DNA of 64,000 bases from Octopus vulgaris (Eukaryota), in assembly GCA_951406725.2 (NCBI GenBank), contig OX597820.1, positions 66,092,001-66,156,000 of the forward strand, in the 5' to 3' direction. The notes beneath the pieces were generated by a model. The model was not told the origin of the DNA, searched no databases, and saw nothing but the letters and a program-made list of their open reading frames with translations. Positions 39,212 to 52,138 of this stretch are shown here, one piece after another; the stretch's first letter is position 1, and each line of letters starts with the position of its first letter. The translations under genes and the position numbers were made by a program.

Positions 39212-39497
39212 AACATATGCAGATACATGTATACTGATGTCGGCATATATAGGTGCATGTGTGTACGTGCGTGAGTGTACATATATGCGTATGTGTATAG
39301 CCATGTGCATGTAGTATATTCTTATATATATATATATATTTATCTATATAGTGAAAGAGACGTTGTGTCTCTATGTTTGAGTATACAAATGGCTGAGATA
39401 CTCTTCAATAACATCGCTACATTTAACAAATTGAAATATCTATATTTGCTAGTAGAGTGGAAATGAAAAGCATTTGTAACTTTATAGAATGCGTGCC

Positions 39498-39552
<55 letters not shown>

Positions 39553-39645
39553 TTGTGTGTTTGTCTGTGGGTGTGTGAGGGTGCTTGCATGAACCGAGGT
39601 GTGTGCGTGAAGGTTGATACGTGGGTTTATTTGCATATGTACACG

Positions 39646-39697
<52 letters not shown>

Positions 39698-39812
39698 CAT
39701 ACATACATATAAACATTCATACATACATACATATATAATATATATATATATACATAAATTATATATGTATATGTATAAATGTGATAGGTTGTATATGAGT
39801 CAGTGTGTATAT

Positions 39813-39923
<111 letters not shown>

Positions 39924-40112
39924 TGTATCTATGTACGTGTGTGAGTTTGTATGTATTTATGTATGTATGCATGCATGTATGTTTATATGGTTTATATGTA
40001 TTATTTAATAACATACGTATAGATTACGAGTATATTATTTATTGTGTAACTTATAATTATCTATATATACAGACACACACTTACACACACCTATATATTG
40101 CATATATATGTA

Positions 40113-40164
<52 letters not shown>

Positions 40165-40662
40165 TGTGTATCTATATTTTATATAAACGAATATGTATAT
40201 TTATGTGTGAGTCTGTGTATATAAACATTGTGTTTATATATATATATATATATATATATTAATCCGTAATTTTTTTTTTTTTTTACTTGTTTGGTTAACA
40301 TTGCCAATTCTCCAATATTCTTAGATTATTTAATTTCCTACACTGTTGCGAAGTTAATCAATTTTCATATTCCTCAATTTTATCTCTTTGACTATTTGCA
40401 GTCCAAAATATTTATTAAAAAATTTAATAAGCATATAAAGGCAACAACAACAACAACAATAACAACAAACAACAACAACAACAACAGCAATAACAACAAC
40501 AACAACAATAATACCATTGATAATGGATTTGTGAAAAACAACAACGCCAACTGAAATAAACAGATAAAGTGATGAACAGTTCATGATAAGGTGGTATTCC
40601 TTAGATGAAGAAGGGAGGTAAAAAGGTTGAATCATTATTATCGATATTAAAGACTGATATAT

Positions 40663-40697
<35 letters not shown>

Positions 40698-40764
40698 GCT
40701 GCCGCTGTTGTTGTTTTGTTGTTGTTTCTCCGTGCGTGTTCTTAAAGAACATGCACAGAAGTGT

Positions 40765-40985
40765 TCCGGGTTATTAAGGATGTTCTTGGTTACTGAAAGC
40801 GTTGAAGGTTAATAAAAGTGTTTGAAGGTTAACAGCGATGTTTAACAAGAATTTCTAAGGTTAACAAGAATTGTTCAATAGAAAAGATGCAGAGAATGCT
40901 TCAGAGGTAAACAAGGCTGACTATGGTTAACAAAATCATTCACTGGAACACGTACATAAAATAATTTATGCTTAATAAAGGTGTT
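40765..40985. repeat. Degenerate ~20-bp minisatellite (GAAGGTTAACAAGAATGTTT-like)
   Basis: Recurrent AGGTTAACAA units. Confidence 0.6.
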
Positions 40986-41626
40986 TAGCCCTAAGTATTC
41001 AGGTTATTCTGTGAAATGTAATGCTTGTTTATTCACATTGTCTTTGAATTAATCATGCATTATCTCGTAGCTTTGAGATTCAGAAGGTGTGACTGTTTAT
41101 TTTTAGAACGACATTGTAAGGTAAGTGTGAAAGGCCAGATCTGGCCGTTTTAAACATAAAACAAGTAGAATATTCGAGCCAGATATTACTCTTTACTCTT
41201 TTACTCTTTTACTTGTTTCAGTCATTTGACTGCGGCCATGCTGGAGCACCGCCTTTAGTCGAGCAAATCGACGCCGGGACTTATTCTTTGTAAGCCCAGT
41301 ACTTATTCAATCGGTCTCTTTTTTGCCGAACCGCTAAGTAACAGGGACGTAAACACACCTGCATCGGTTGTCAAGCGATGTTGGAGGGACAAACACAGAC
41401 ACACAAACACACACATATATATATATACATATATACGACAGGCTTCTTTCAGTTTCCGTCTACCAAATCCACTCACAAGGCATTGGTCGGCCCGGGGCTA
41501 TAGCAGAAGACACTTGCCCAAGATGCCACGCAGTAGGACTGAACCCGGAACCATGTGGTTGGTTAGCAAGCTACTTACCACACAGCCACTCCTGCGCCTA
41601 TTGTTGACTTCAATATTAAAGAGTAA
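40986..41626. mobile_element. Old MITE (piggyBac-like ends) interrupted by SINE A
   Basis: Degenerate ends TTAGCCCTAAGTATT / AATATTAAAGAGTAAA; internal palindrome GGCCAGATCTGGCC. Confidence 0.4.
41188..41599 (-). mobile_element. SINE family A, full-length reference copy
   Basis: Head GGCGCAGGAGTGGCTGTGTGGTAAG with B-box-like GGTTCAGTCC, internal (TA)/(TG) tract, tail GGCGGTGCTCCAGCATGGCCGCAGTCAAATGACTGAAAC and (TAAAAGAG)n; more than 12 copies in the window. Confidence 0.92.
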
Positions 41627-41704
41627 AGGGGAATAATGTTTTGCTCTTGACATAAGAATTTTTATATGGTGATTGCCACTTCTTTACAGAAAAAAAGGCC
41701 ATCT

Positions 41705-42905
41705 CTTCTATAAGTAAATAGCTTCATAAGATCTCAAGTGACAAGTAAATCTGGCTTTGGACAAACAAATCCTTCTGCAGATATTAGGAACATTTTCAGG
41801 GAGAAAAATATCTGAGTTTAAATTTAAGTCCCGTTTACGAAAAGCTCGTTTCAAGATGGAAAGATCGATTGTCTGTCTTTCAAATGCTTCACAACTATTG
41901 TAGATCACTTCTTTCCAAAGCGATCGATCTTCCGTCATCTACTTCCAGTCTTCAACATCGACAATAAGAATTTTAAAGTTGCTTTTTACGGCATCCCTAA
42001 AATGTTTCTCAGGTCTATGTCTCGGATACTTACCATGTTACCATTCCCCGAAAAACAACTGCTTGTGTAACCTGTCAACCTGCGTCCTAGTAAGGCTTCG
42101 AGCCCAGCAGTTCTGTTTCAATACTGGATGCTTGCCGAAGAACAACGTGCTCTGATGTTAGCAGCTGCCATTTGATGTTTAATATCGTCCTAAGGCAAGT
42201 TTGACTGATTTTTCCCAAACGTTGATATGACAACGATATGTAGTCCAAGTCTCAGAAGAGGAAGTTACGACGCATGATTCATAGACGCTGGGCTTGGTTT
42301 CGATGGTGGTACCTCTATCAGACCATACACGATTTTCGAGCCTTCCAAATACATTGTTGGGTTTTTCAACCCTCATATTCATTTCAGAATCAAGGGATCC
42401 ATTTCTAGAGCGAATGCTACCAAGAAAGACGAAAGAGTCGAAAATATCCAATCTTGTTCCTGGACGAAAATGGGGAATGAGAGAACATGACCTTTGTCTT
42501 CTTCAGACTGATGGTAAATCCAAAACCAGTGCATGCTCTAAAGAAGAGCTCTATTATAGCCCGCTTGTCTTCTTCAGTGTGAGCAACAAGAATTACATCG
42601 TCATCATAACATGGACAAGAGCCTGAAAAGTCTTCGACTTTGCTTTGAAACATGTTACTTCATAGCTCCTACCTATGGCTCTGAAGTAACTTTAGACGCT
42701 GGTATTGGAGTCCTGGTAAGGGTACGGAGGCAGTTACAGCAAAATATATGGGAAAATGCGCTGGAGCAGGAATATTACCTGGTTTAATTTTCAGCTCACT
42801 TTGAATGAAAATTTGTTCCGAGAATGGAACGTTGAAGTGAAAACGAGCTTTCAAATCTTTATGGTGTTGCTCGACAAAACACCTCGTAAAGTGATGTGCG
42901 ATTTT
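41705..42905 (-). pseudogene. RTE-clade (BovB-like) LINE, degenerate 3' part of the RT ORF
   Basis: DDVILVAHTEED, FGFTISLKKTKVM, FVFLGS..NGSLDSEMNMRVEK..FGRLENRVW, SETWTTYR, EDRSLW, C-terminal ICRRICLSKA..HLRS. Confidence 0.9.
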
Positions 42906-42998
42906 CGATGCGTTTCTCTGAAGATGACGAGGAGAAAAATATTATGCCACAACCTATTTGTTTTTTTGTTTTGAATTGTAAAAGATTTTTCAAAATCT

Positions 42999-43047
<49 letters not shown>

Positions 43048-43151
43048 TAACAATTGAGGATAAAATCTTTAAAAGAAATTATCAGTAGTCAGCGTGAAAA
43101 ACCTCGTAAGAGAAAAAATCCGTAAATTCTTCCTCTTTGAAAATATTCATT

Positions 43152-43254
43152 TATATTATATTGAGGGTACTACTATTCGTAGATACCAACACGCTAAGAG
43201 GGACCGCATTGGTCCCTCTTTGCGTGTTGGTATCTACGAATAGTAGTACCCTCA

Positions 43255-43264
<10 letters not shown>
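43152..43264. repeat. 54-bp near-perfect inverted repeat with 5-nt loop
   Basis: Arms 43152-43205 and 43211-43264, one mismatch; loop GCATT. Confidence 0.95.
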
Positions 43265-43333
<69 letters not shown>

Positions 43334-43360
43334 ATGTGTGTGTGTGTGTGTGTATGTATG

Positions 43361-45710
43361 TGGCTGTGAGGTAAGTAGCCTGCTTACCAACCACCCGGTT
43401 CCAGGTCCAGTCCCACTGCGTAGCACCTTGGGCAAGTGTCTTCTACTATAGCCTCGGGCCGACAAAAGCCTTGTGAGTGGATTTGGTAGACGGAAACTGA
43501 AAGAATCCTATCGTATATATATATATATATGTACGTGTGTCTGTGTTTGTTAGTTAGTTAGTTAGTTAGTTAATTTGGCTCAAAAGCAAATAGCAAGGCC
43601 ATGTAGGGGGACATGGAGTTAAGTACAGGGTGGTGTTCATGTAAAGAGTTCAGGCCACTTGAGGTCCAGGGAGGCTTTGAACAAAGCGGTCGTCGGCATC
43701 TTCACCATCTCGTCTGGCAGCTTGTTCCACGGATCCGCAACCCGGACGGAGAAAGCTCCTCTCCTTCGATTGAGATGAAATCGTCGCAGGTAGAGCTTTT
43801 CGGAATGACCCCGCAGCCGACGCTCTGGAGCAGGAGTGAAGAACAGCTCTTTCGAGAGGTTATACTTTCCGCTTATGATGTTGTGGGCGAGAATGAGATC
43901 ACCACGGCGGCGGCGTTTTTCAAGAGAATAAAGGTCGAGCGTCCTCAGCCTTTCTTCGTAGGACAAATTTTTGAGACCATGAACCATGCGGGTAGCCAGC
44001 TTCTGGACTCTTTCGAGATGCTGTATGTCTTTGAGGAGATAAGGAGAAGAGGCTTGAATCCCATACTCCAATATGGGTCTCACCAGCGTGACATAGAGTG
44101 GTAGGAATATGGCTGCTGTGAGCATTCCGAATGACCGTCGAATCAAGAACAGAATTCCGCGTGCTTTGTTGGCAGCATGGACGCACTGGGCCGAAGGCGA
44201 AAAGGAGGAATCCACCAAGATACCCAGGTCCTTTACCTGATCGGTCCTCTCCAGCAGCAGACGACCCGGCTCGAAATCAAGTTGAGTTGCAGTAGTAGAG
44301 CCGACAGGCAGATGACAGCACTTTGACACGTTCAGACACAGGTCCCAATCGTTAGACCACTTCCAAATTTGGTGGAGGCATCGACGAAGATCCTCTATAT
44401 TACCGCGAGGAGCAACCAGTTTGATATCGTCGGCAAATAGAAGGGTGTGTTGCGTGAGGTCGTCGGGCAAGTCATTTATGAAGACTAAGAACAACAAGGG
44501 CCCAAGCACTGAACCTTGAGGCACGCCACTGCTCGCACTGGAGACGTCGGACCGCGAACCATTAACTTGGACTTGGAAGGAGCGATCTGAGAGGAAGGCA
44601 CCAACCCATCGTATAATATCCGGATGGAAACTATATGCTTGAAGCTTGACAAGTAATAGGCGTGGTTTACCGAGTCAAAAGCTTTGGCAAAGTCCAATAA
44701 AACGATGTCAACAGCATCACTATCATCGAGGATGCGCGTCACCAATTCTTCCATTACTAGTAAGTTGGTCAAGCATGATCTCTTCGGCACGAAGCCGTGT
44801 TGGGAATCAGAGATAGAGGCTGTGTTTAGGAGGTGGAGCATCATACTTTTCTTAAGGATGGTTTCGAACATCTTGCTGATTATTGATGTAAGGGAAACCG
44901 GTCGGTAGTTAAGTGGGTCTTCGCGGCTTCCTTTCTTGAAAATTGGGCAGATTATCGCTGTTCTCCAGTCTGCAGGTATAACACCCGTCGCCAATGACAT
45001 ATTGAATAGTCGTGTTAAGGGCTCGCAGATGACCGGAGTCAACGCTTTGATAACCCGTGGGTGTATGCCATCAGGGCCGTGACCCTTGTTGACATCGAGG
45101 CCTTGAATAACACGTTTGACTTCGTCCCGCGTGATGACCAATCGAAGCATTGGAGGTACCAATCTATCAAATGGAGGGGGTTCACGACCATCATCTTGTT
45201 TGAAAATAGTTGAAAAAGCCTCGGCAAATAATTGACTCTGTTGATAAGGGTCCTCAATCGATACGCCTGTTGAGTCTACCAACGTTGCAATCTGGTTGTT
45301 CAAGCGGGAATTACGCTGGACATGGGCAAAGAAGGTTTTTGGATTGCTACTGGCATTTGCCGCGATTTTGTATTCATAACTGAAGCGTTCTTTCTTTTCA
45401 ATTTTCACGGCTCGGTCTCGTTGAGTTTTGTACACCTCAAAAGCTGCAGTCGAATCCAGATTTTTGAATTCAGCCCAAGCAATATCTCTGTGTCTGTGTT
45501 TGTCCCGCCAGCATCGCTTGACAACCGATGCTGGTATGTTTACGTCTCCGTTACTTAGCGGTTCGGCAAAAGAGACCGATGGAATAAGTACTAGGCTTAC
45601 AAAGAATAAGTCCTGGGGTCGATTCGCTCGACTAAAAATAAAAGGCGGTGCTCCAGCATGGCCGCAGTCAAATGACTGAAACAAGTAAAAGAGTAAAAGA
45701 GTAAAAGAAT
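43361..45710 (+). mobile_element. SINE family A split by the CR1 insertion
   Basis: Head 43361-43550 and tail 45489-45710 rejoin into one intact family-A copy. Confidence 0.92.
43551..45488 (-). mobile_element. CR1-clade LINE, 5'-truncated, RT domain with one frameshift, 15-bp TSD
   Basis: KGHGPDGIHPRV, NYRPVSLTSI, QHGF, LDFAKAFDSVNH, (V)PQGSVLGPLLFL, LFADDIKL, KDLGI, RRRRGDLI; (TAAC)n tail; TGTGTCTGTGTTTGT at 43536-43550 and 45489-45503; 1-bp deletion near 44661. Confidence 0.96.
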
Positions 45711-46117
45711 ATATTATAATAATTTCTTGTTAGTCACTTCATAAAAATTGTCTGGAGTCTATATTAATATTAATAATAAAGAGTATGGAAACTTTTAAAT
45801 CAACAAAATTTATTATGTAAAAGTCTCCATACTCTTTATTATTATTAATATATATATATATATATATGCCATTTTAACGTCATTATTATAAATTATTATT
45901 ATTATTATCATTATTATTATTATTATTCATTTTGTTCATCATCTACAAGTGCGTGTGAATTCATTATCATCTTATTTACTTTATTCAATTTTAGAAAAAT
46001 TTAAACATGTGTCTTTGACAATTCCTGGACGTATCGTACTTATTTTGACGTGACTTTTGGCTTCTCCTGTACATCTATTTATATTGCATTGCTGGCCTTG
46101 TGTCCAAATCAGAAATG

Positions 46118-46142
46118 ATAATAATAATAATAATAATAATAA

Positions 46143-46173
<31 letters not shown>

Positions 46174-46214
46174 AAGAAGAAGAAGAAGAAAAAGTAGAAG
46201 TAGTAGTAGTAGTG

Positions 46215-46263
<49 letters not shown>
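46118..46263. repeat. Compound (TAA)n-(GAA)n-(TAG)n microsatellite
   Basis: Direct tandem runs. Confidence 0.96.
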
Positions 46264-46590
46264 AGCTGTTTTTATTTTTATGTTTCTTGTTATCGTTGTT
46301 TCTGTTTTTTGTAGTTTGCTATTATTATTATTAGCATTGTTATTACATTGAGAAATTTGGATATTTTTACCTTCATCAAAACAAGAGAAAATATTTTGGG
46401 GCAATCATTTCAACAGCCTGGAACCCGTTTGCTATCTACCCAATACTGCAAGAGACACACTCGGCGTGTCCTAAACATTTTGGAGATGATTTTATTTCGT
46501 GGTCTATCTGTTCACATCCAACACATTATAATGGTTTCTCGTTAGAGAAGCGCCCACTAAAAATAATGTGAAAAGGAAACTGAACAAATT

Positions 46591-47328
46591 TAATTTCACA
46601 GCAAGACCCACACAATGTATTACAGCAAGAATAATGATTTTTAAGCAAAAAGAAAAAAAAAAGTTAATTTTAACAATTCTAATGCTAGTGATAACAAAAA
46701 AAATAATAACATCATCGACAGCAGCAACAACAACAACAATGACTACGAGCTTACGCATTCTGCCAAACGAAAAAAAAACAAGAAAATTTTAGTAATGTGT
46801 TATTTTGAATGATACACAAGAGCCCGTTAGCAATTCTCTCTTGAAACTGTAAGATACTGAGCATCAGTGACTAAGCAGAAAAATAATCTGCGTGGCAAAG
46901 ATAAGTAACAAAGGCTAGTACCACTCTTCCTGAGCTCTTTTTCACAAAGATGTGCAAGGTGGAAGGTTACATAAATCTGCACCGCTTAAAAGTAGACGTC
47001 TTTTTGATTACTCAAAGCAACACTTGATGGAAATACTGGTGATGTGTTGAATAACATCTCACACAGCAGTCGGTGTAGAGTTTATGGGACTGTATTCCTG
47101 ATTTTCAAAACTGAAGACGAAGCGAGAAAGTACACTTATACGGTATTTTATACCCTTGTCCATAGGCTAGTGCCTCAATACATGGGACGAACAATACTAT
47201 GCTCCAATAATCAACGATAAAAAGCTAAAGCTAGTCCGGATGGATTAAATACACATTGACGTTTTTTTTTTTGCTTAAAAATCATTATTCTTGCTGTAAT
47301 ACATTGTGTGGGCCTTGCTGTGAAATTG
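46591..47328. repeat. ~65-bp inverted repeat pair enclosing about 600 bp
   Basis: AATTTCACAGCAAGACCCACACAATGTATTACAGCAAGAATAATGATTTTTAAGCAAAAA versus its reverse complement at about 47265-47327. Confidence 0.88.
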
Positions 47329-47547
47329 AATATGTCTGTACATATATATAAGTGTATTACGTATTACATGTATCTATATTTGACTTCACAGTTTTCATTT
47401 ATCAAATTTCCTCCTAGAAGAAAAATTTGGGTTTTAACAAGGAAATAAAACCGCCATCAGTGAAATTTGGATGTCAACAATTATAATTGTTACATATTGA
47501 ACTTTAGAAAAATCTTGCATAGATACATTGTTCTACTTACAGACTGC

Positions 47548-47578
<31 letters not shown>

Positions 47579-47811
47579 TGTATGTATGTATGTATGTGTT
47601 CTTATATATTTTTATCCGTTTTTTTGTTACACTCATTGAACTGCAGATATGTTAGGGAACTGCTTTGAAGTGTTTGTCAAACAAATTGACTCCATTACAT
47701 TCTTCGGTCTTGTATTGTATATTTTCTCCCATCCTTCTAGCCGAACCGCTAAGTTATGGTACCATAAACAAGCCACTACCGGTTGTCAAGCGTATAGTAC
47801 AAAGGATTATC

Positions 47812-48612
47812 AGGCGGTGAGCTAGCTGAATCGTTAGAAAGCCGGACAAAATGCTTAGTGGCATTTCATCCATCGTTATGTTCTCCATTCAAATTCTGCC
47901 AAGAACGACTTTATCCTTCATCCTTTCGGGGTCAATGAAATAAGTACCACTTGCGCAGAAGAGTCGATGTAATCGAGTATTCCCCTTCCCTGAAGCATTG
48001 TACACCTTTTGCCTATAAGAGAAAGGGCTTATTCTGTCCCCAGGTTTAACACCATCACCTGGACCTTGGTTGGTTTTATTAAAATAAATTCTGCTACAAG
48101 TATTGGGAACAGTAAACTGGTTTCACGATTATGTAACTCCCTTCCTCCGTTCTGTCTCCGTTGTCTTGGAAAAGAAAGATAATTCTTTCTAATTTTGGCA
48201 CAAAAAACAGCATTTTTTAAGGAGAGGAGGAAAACGATTATATCAGCCCCAGTAAATGACTGGTACTTTATTTTATCGACCGCGAGAAAGAATGAAAGAC
48301 AAAGTTGAACTCGGTGAGATTTTAACTCGGGACGTAAACAGCCGAAACAACGTCGCTAAGCATTTTGTCCGGGGCGATAATTACTCAACCAGGTCGTCGC
48401 AAATGAACATTAATCAATCTTTCCACTATAGACATAAGGCCTGAAATATTGGAGGCGGGGTTGTCGATTACGGCGAACCCAGAGCCCAACTGGTACTTAC
48501 CCTATCGCCCCCAAAATGATGAAAGGCAAAATCAGCCTCATAGGAATTTGAACAAGGAATGTAAAGAAGGCCTAAATGTTATTAAGCATCTTGCCTGGCG
48601 TGCCACCTCACT
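47812..48612. mobile_element. SINE family B copies: + at 47812-48030, two - at 48195-48612
   Basis: Diverged family-B motifs in opposite orientations. Confidence 0.78.
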
Positions 48613-48616
48613 GAGT

Positions 48617-49041
<425 letters not shown>

Positions 49042-49042
<1 letters not shown>

Positions 49043-49533
49043 GCATGTACATTGTTTTGTCTTGGTATAAAAGATGGGCTACAGCAAATATTCTGCTCAA
49101 TACCACAGATTTGCTTGTCAGTTGTTTGACCTTAACCCGTTGAGCATGTCCCTTAGTGGCTGACGATATGTGCATCTCTGATCACGAGCAGAAGTAGTGG
49201 GGGAGCATCATAGCCATGTGTTGAGAGGGATTCTTTGGGGTTTGAATAATTCACCTCTGGAAACATGGGTGGTTCTTTCAACATCCTTAAACAACCCTTA
49301 CTCAGGGACCGTTTGAGCGGGATGGGCTACTCAACCTGAAGAAAATTCTAACTGGGCTCCACCTGCAAGGTCATGTGCTGTTTATCTTGAAATGAGATCA
49401 CCATGTCGCGCACATATGGTTGTGATGCATGTGCCTGGTGTACCTTTATCAGACGGGCAGTCATGATGGGTATATTGGGCTTCGTATATTTTACCCCAGT
49501 GTCACTTTGATGGCATGAACTGCTCTGTCACTC
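49042..49533 (+). mobile_element. Apparently non-coding (TAA)n-flanked element, family N
   Basis: Bounded by (TAA)n; last ~115 bp recur at 52062-52138 plus 52907-52952; no recognisable protein motif. Confidence 0.72.
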
Positions 49534-49549
49534 AATAATAATAATAATA

Positions 49550-49598
<49 letters not shown>

Positions 49599-49614
49599 TG
49601 ATAATAATAATAAT

Positions 49615-50027
49615 AGAGAAATTAAGGGCAAGAGGCCGGACATAGTTGTCAGAGATAACCAAGGAAAAAATGCTTTTTAATCGATGTATCAATACCAGCA
49701 GATGACAACGTTTCCCTAAAAGAAACGGAGAAGCTTTCAAAATACAAAGATCTGGAAATAGAGGTAACGCGAATCTGGAGTCTAAAAACAGAAACAATTC
49801 CTATTATAGCAGGCGCATTAGGTATGATTAAAAATATTCAGACAAATACATAACAAAAACGCCAGGACTAACAAGTATATATAACATACAGAAAATAGCA
49901 CACATCCTACGTAAAACACTTTCAATACAGTAAAAATAAGAGCACCACAATAAACCACAGCACATACCCAAGGCACACAGAGCTGCGCTCCGTAGTGCAG
50001 TGAAGGCACGTGATAATAATACTACTA

Positions 50028-50030
<3 letters not shown>
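49615..50030 (+). mobile_element. RLE-LINE 3' fragment, family R1
   Basis: KRPDIVVRDNQ..IDVSIPADDNVSLKETEKLSKYKDLEIEVTRIWSLKTETIPII. Confidence 0.92.
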
Positions 50031-50104
<74 letters not shown>

Positions 50105-50106
<2 letters not shown>

Positions 50107-50595
50107 TGGTACGATCATAAACCTGAAGGCATCATCGAAAATGATAATGCAAAGAGCCCGTGGGATTTTATGATTCAGTGCGACCATGAGATAGATAGAG
50201 AATAGGAAACCTGACACAGTCTTAATTGAGAAAGAAAACAAACTATGCTTGATCATAGATATAGCATGCCCAGCTGACAATTAGGTATGCGATGAGGAAG
50301 AAAGAAAAGTCGAGAGATATTACAGGTTAGCTTGGGAGGTTAAGCAGTTGTGGTCGATGAAAAAGGCGGTAGTAGTACCAATAACTGTCGGAGCCCTGGA
50401 AACATTGAGTAAAAATTTTGAGAAGTACATGGAACACATAGGAGCTACAATAAGAGTGGGGCACCTGCAGAAAACAGCACTGCTTGGAACCGCTCGAATA
50501 CTCCGGAGGGTGCTCGGAAAATAGTTACCCTAGTTCACTGGCAGTGAACAGCTGACACTGTAACACATCTCCAGCGCTAGAAGCTGTGCAAAGGC
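50105..50595 (+). mobile_element. RLE-LINE 3' fragment, family R4
   Basis: WYDHKPEGIIEN..WDFMIQCDHEI, RKPDTVLI..IIDIACP, WSMKKAVVVPITVGAL, LQKTALLGTARILRRVL. Confidence 0.9.
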
Positions 50596-50660
<65 letters not shown>

Positions 50661-50682
50661 TAACAATAACAATAATAATAAC

Positions 50683-50760
<78 letters not shown>

Positions 50761-50782
50761 AACTTACGTACAAATAATAATG

Positions 50783-51963
50783 AACTTACGTACAAAACCA
50801 CCACAATCGGACTGGCCAATTACCTTGAAACAACCAACGATTGGATGCTAAAACTTGTTGAAAAACATGAAATACCGAAAAAACTTCACTCTATTCTGAA
50901 AGAAAGCAAAAAATTCGCTACTGATCTCTAAGATACCTACCAGATTGATCAGGTTGAAGGAAATGCGCCAACTGCTGCTGCAAAATAATTAATTAATTGC
51001 AAAGACAAAAGCACATGAAAAATTAGCGAGCAGATGGGAACAAAAACCTCTGCGTGGCAAGTATGTGGCCCGTAGCAAACAAGCTGATGTCGACCAGAAA
51101 CACACGCATCAATCGTTACGAAGCTCAGAGCTAAAAACAGAGAGTGAAGGTTTCATATTAGCTGCTCAAGACCAAAGCTTATTAACCCGGAACTACCAAG
51201 CCAATGTGATAAAAAAAAATGGAGCTGACCCAAAATACCGATTCTGTAACGATGAGATTGAAACTATAGACCACCTAATTTCAGGGTGTAGAGTCTTAGC
51301 ACCAGTAGTATATAAAGTAAGACATGACAGAGTCGGCCAGTATTTACACTGGACAATATGTCAGCATTATAAAATCAAAAGTGCTGACAAATGGTATAAA
51401 CACCATCCTGAAGCTGTGACTGAGGGAGAAAATGTGTCGATTCTCTGGGACTTCCCCGTACATACCGACAAAGCTAATAAACCGGATATTATTATAAAAG
51501 ATCAGACAAAAAAGGTGTGATTATGAATTGACATGAGTATTCCTTACGATCACAATATAGTGGCGAAAGAATTTGACAAGATCAGTAAATATAAAGACTT
51601 GCTAACAGAAATTGAAAAAAATGTGGCATCTCTAGGCGACTACAGTACCAGTGATTGTAGGATCTCTAGGAATGATAAAAAAAAAAAGGTACTGAAACCT
51701 ATTTGAAAATGATACCAGGCTTACCATCCCTACAGGAAGTGCAAAAAGTCGTGTTAACTGGAACAACTCATGTATTGAGAAGACCATTATCGCTGTGAAA
51801 GCAACAGCCATTCATGAATTTATCTATTTATAAATCTTTTTAAATACATATTTTACCTGTGAATTTGCGTGTGTAATCTGGGAATTCATAGAATGAGCTT
51901 CTCTGCCCTAGGTGTACGGAAAACACACGGTGAGAAATGGAAGAAAATATGAAGAAAGAAGGA
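50783..51963 (+). pseudogene. RLE-LINE 3' fragment, R2-related family
   Basis: LKTESEGFILAAQDQSLLTRNY, YRFCNDEIETIDHLISGC, RHDRVG, ILWDFPVHTD, NKPDIIIKD. Confidence 0.93.
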
Positions 51964-51964
51964 A

Positions 51965-52054
<90 letters not shown>

Positions 52055-52138
52055 AAGAAGAACGGTTGTGATGTATGTGTCTGGTGTACCCTTATCTGAC
52101 GGCTAGTCATGATGGGTACATTGGGCTTCGTATATTGG

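Noticed and set aside
44485-45684. 399-aa ORF as a functional chimeric gene
   Set aside because: The start is TTG in antisense SINE sequence, the LINE is 5'-truncated (no endonuclease) and the frame is lost before the catalytic FADD.
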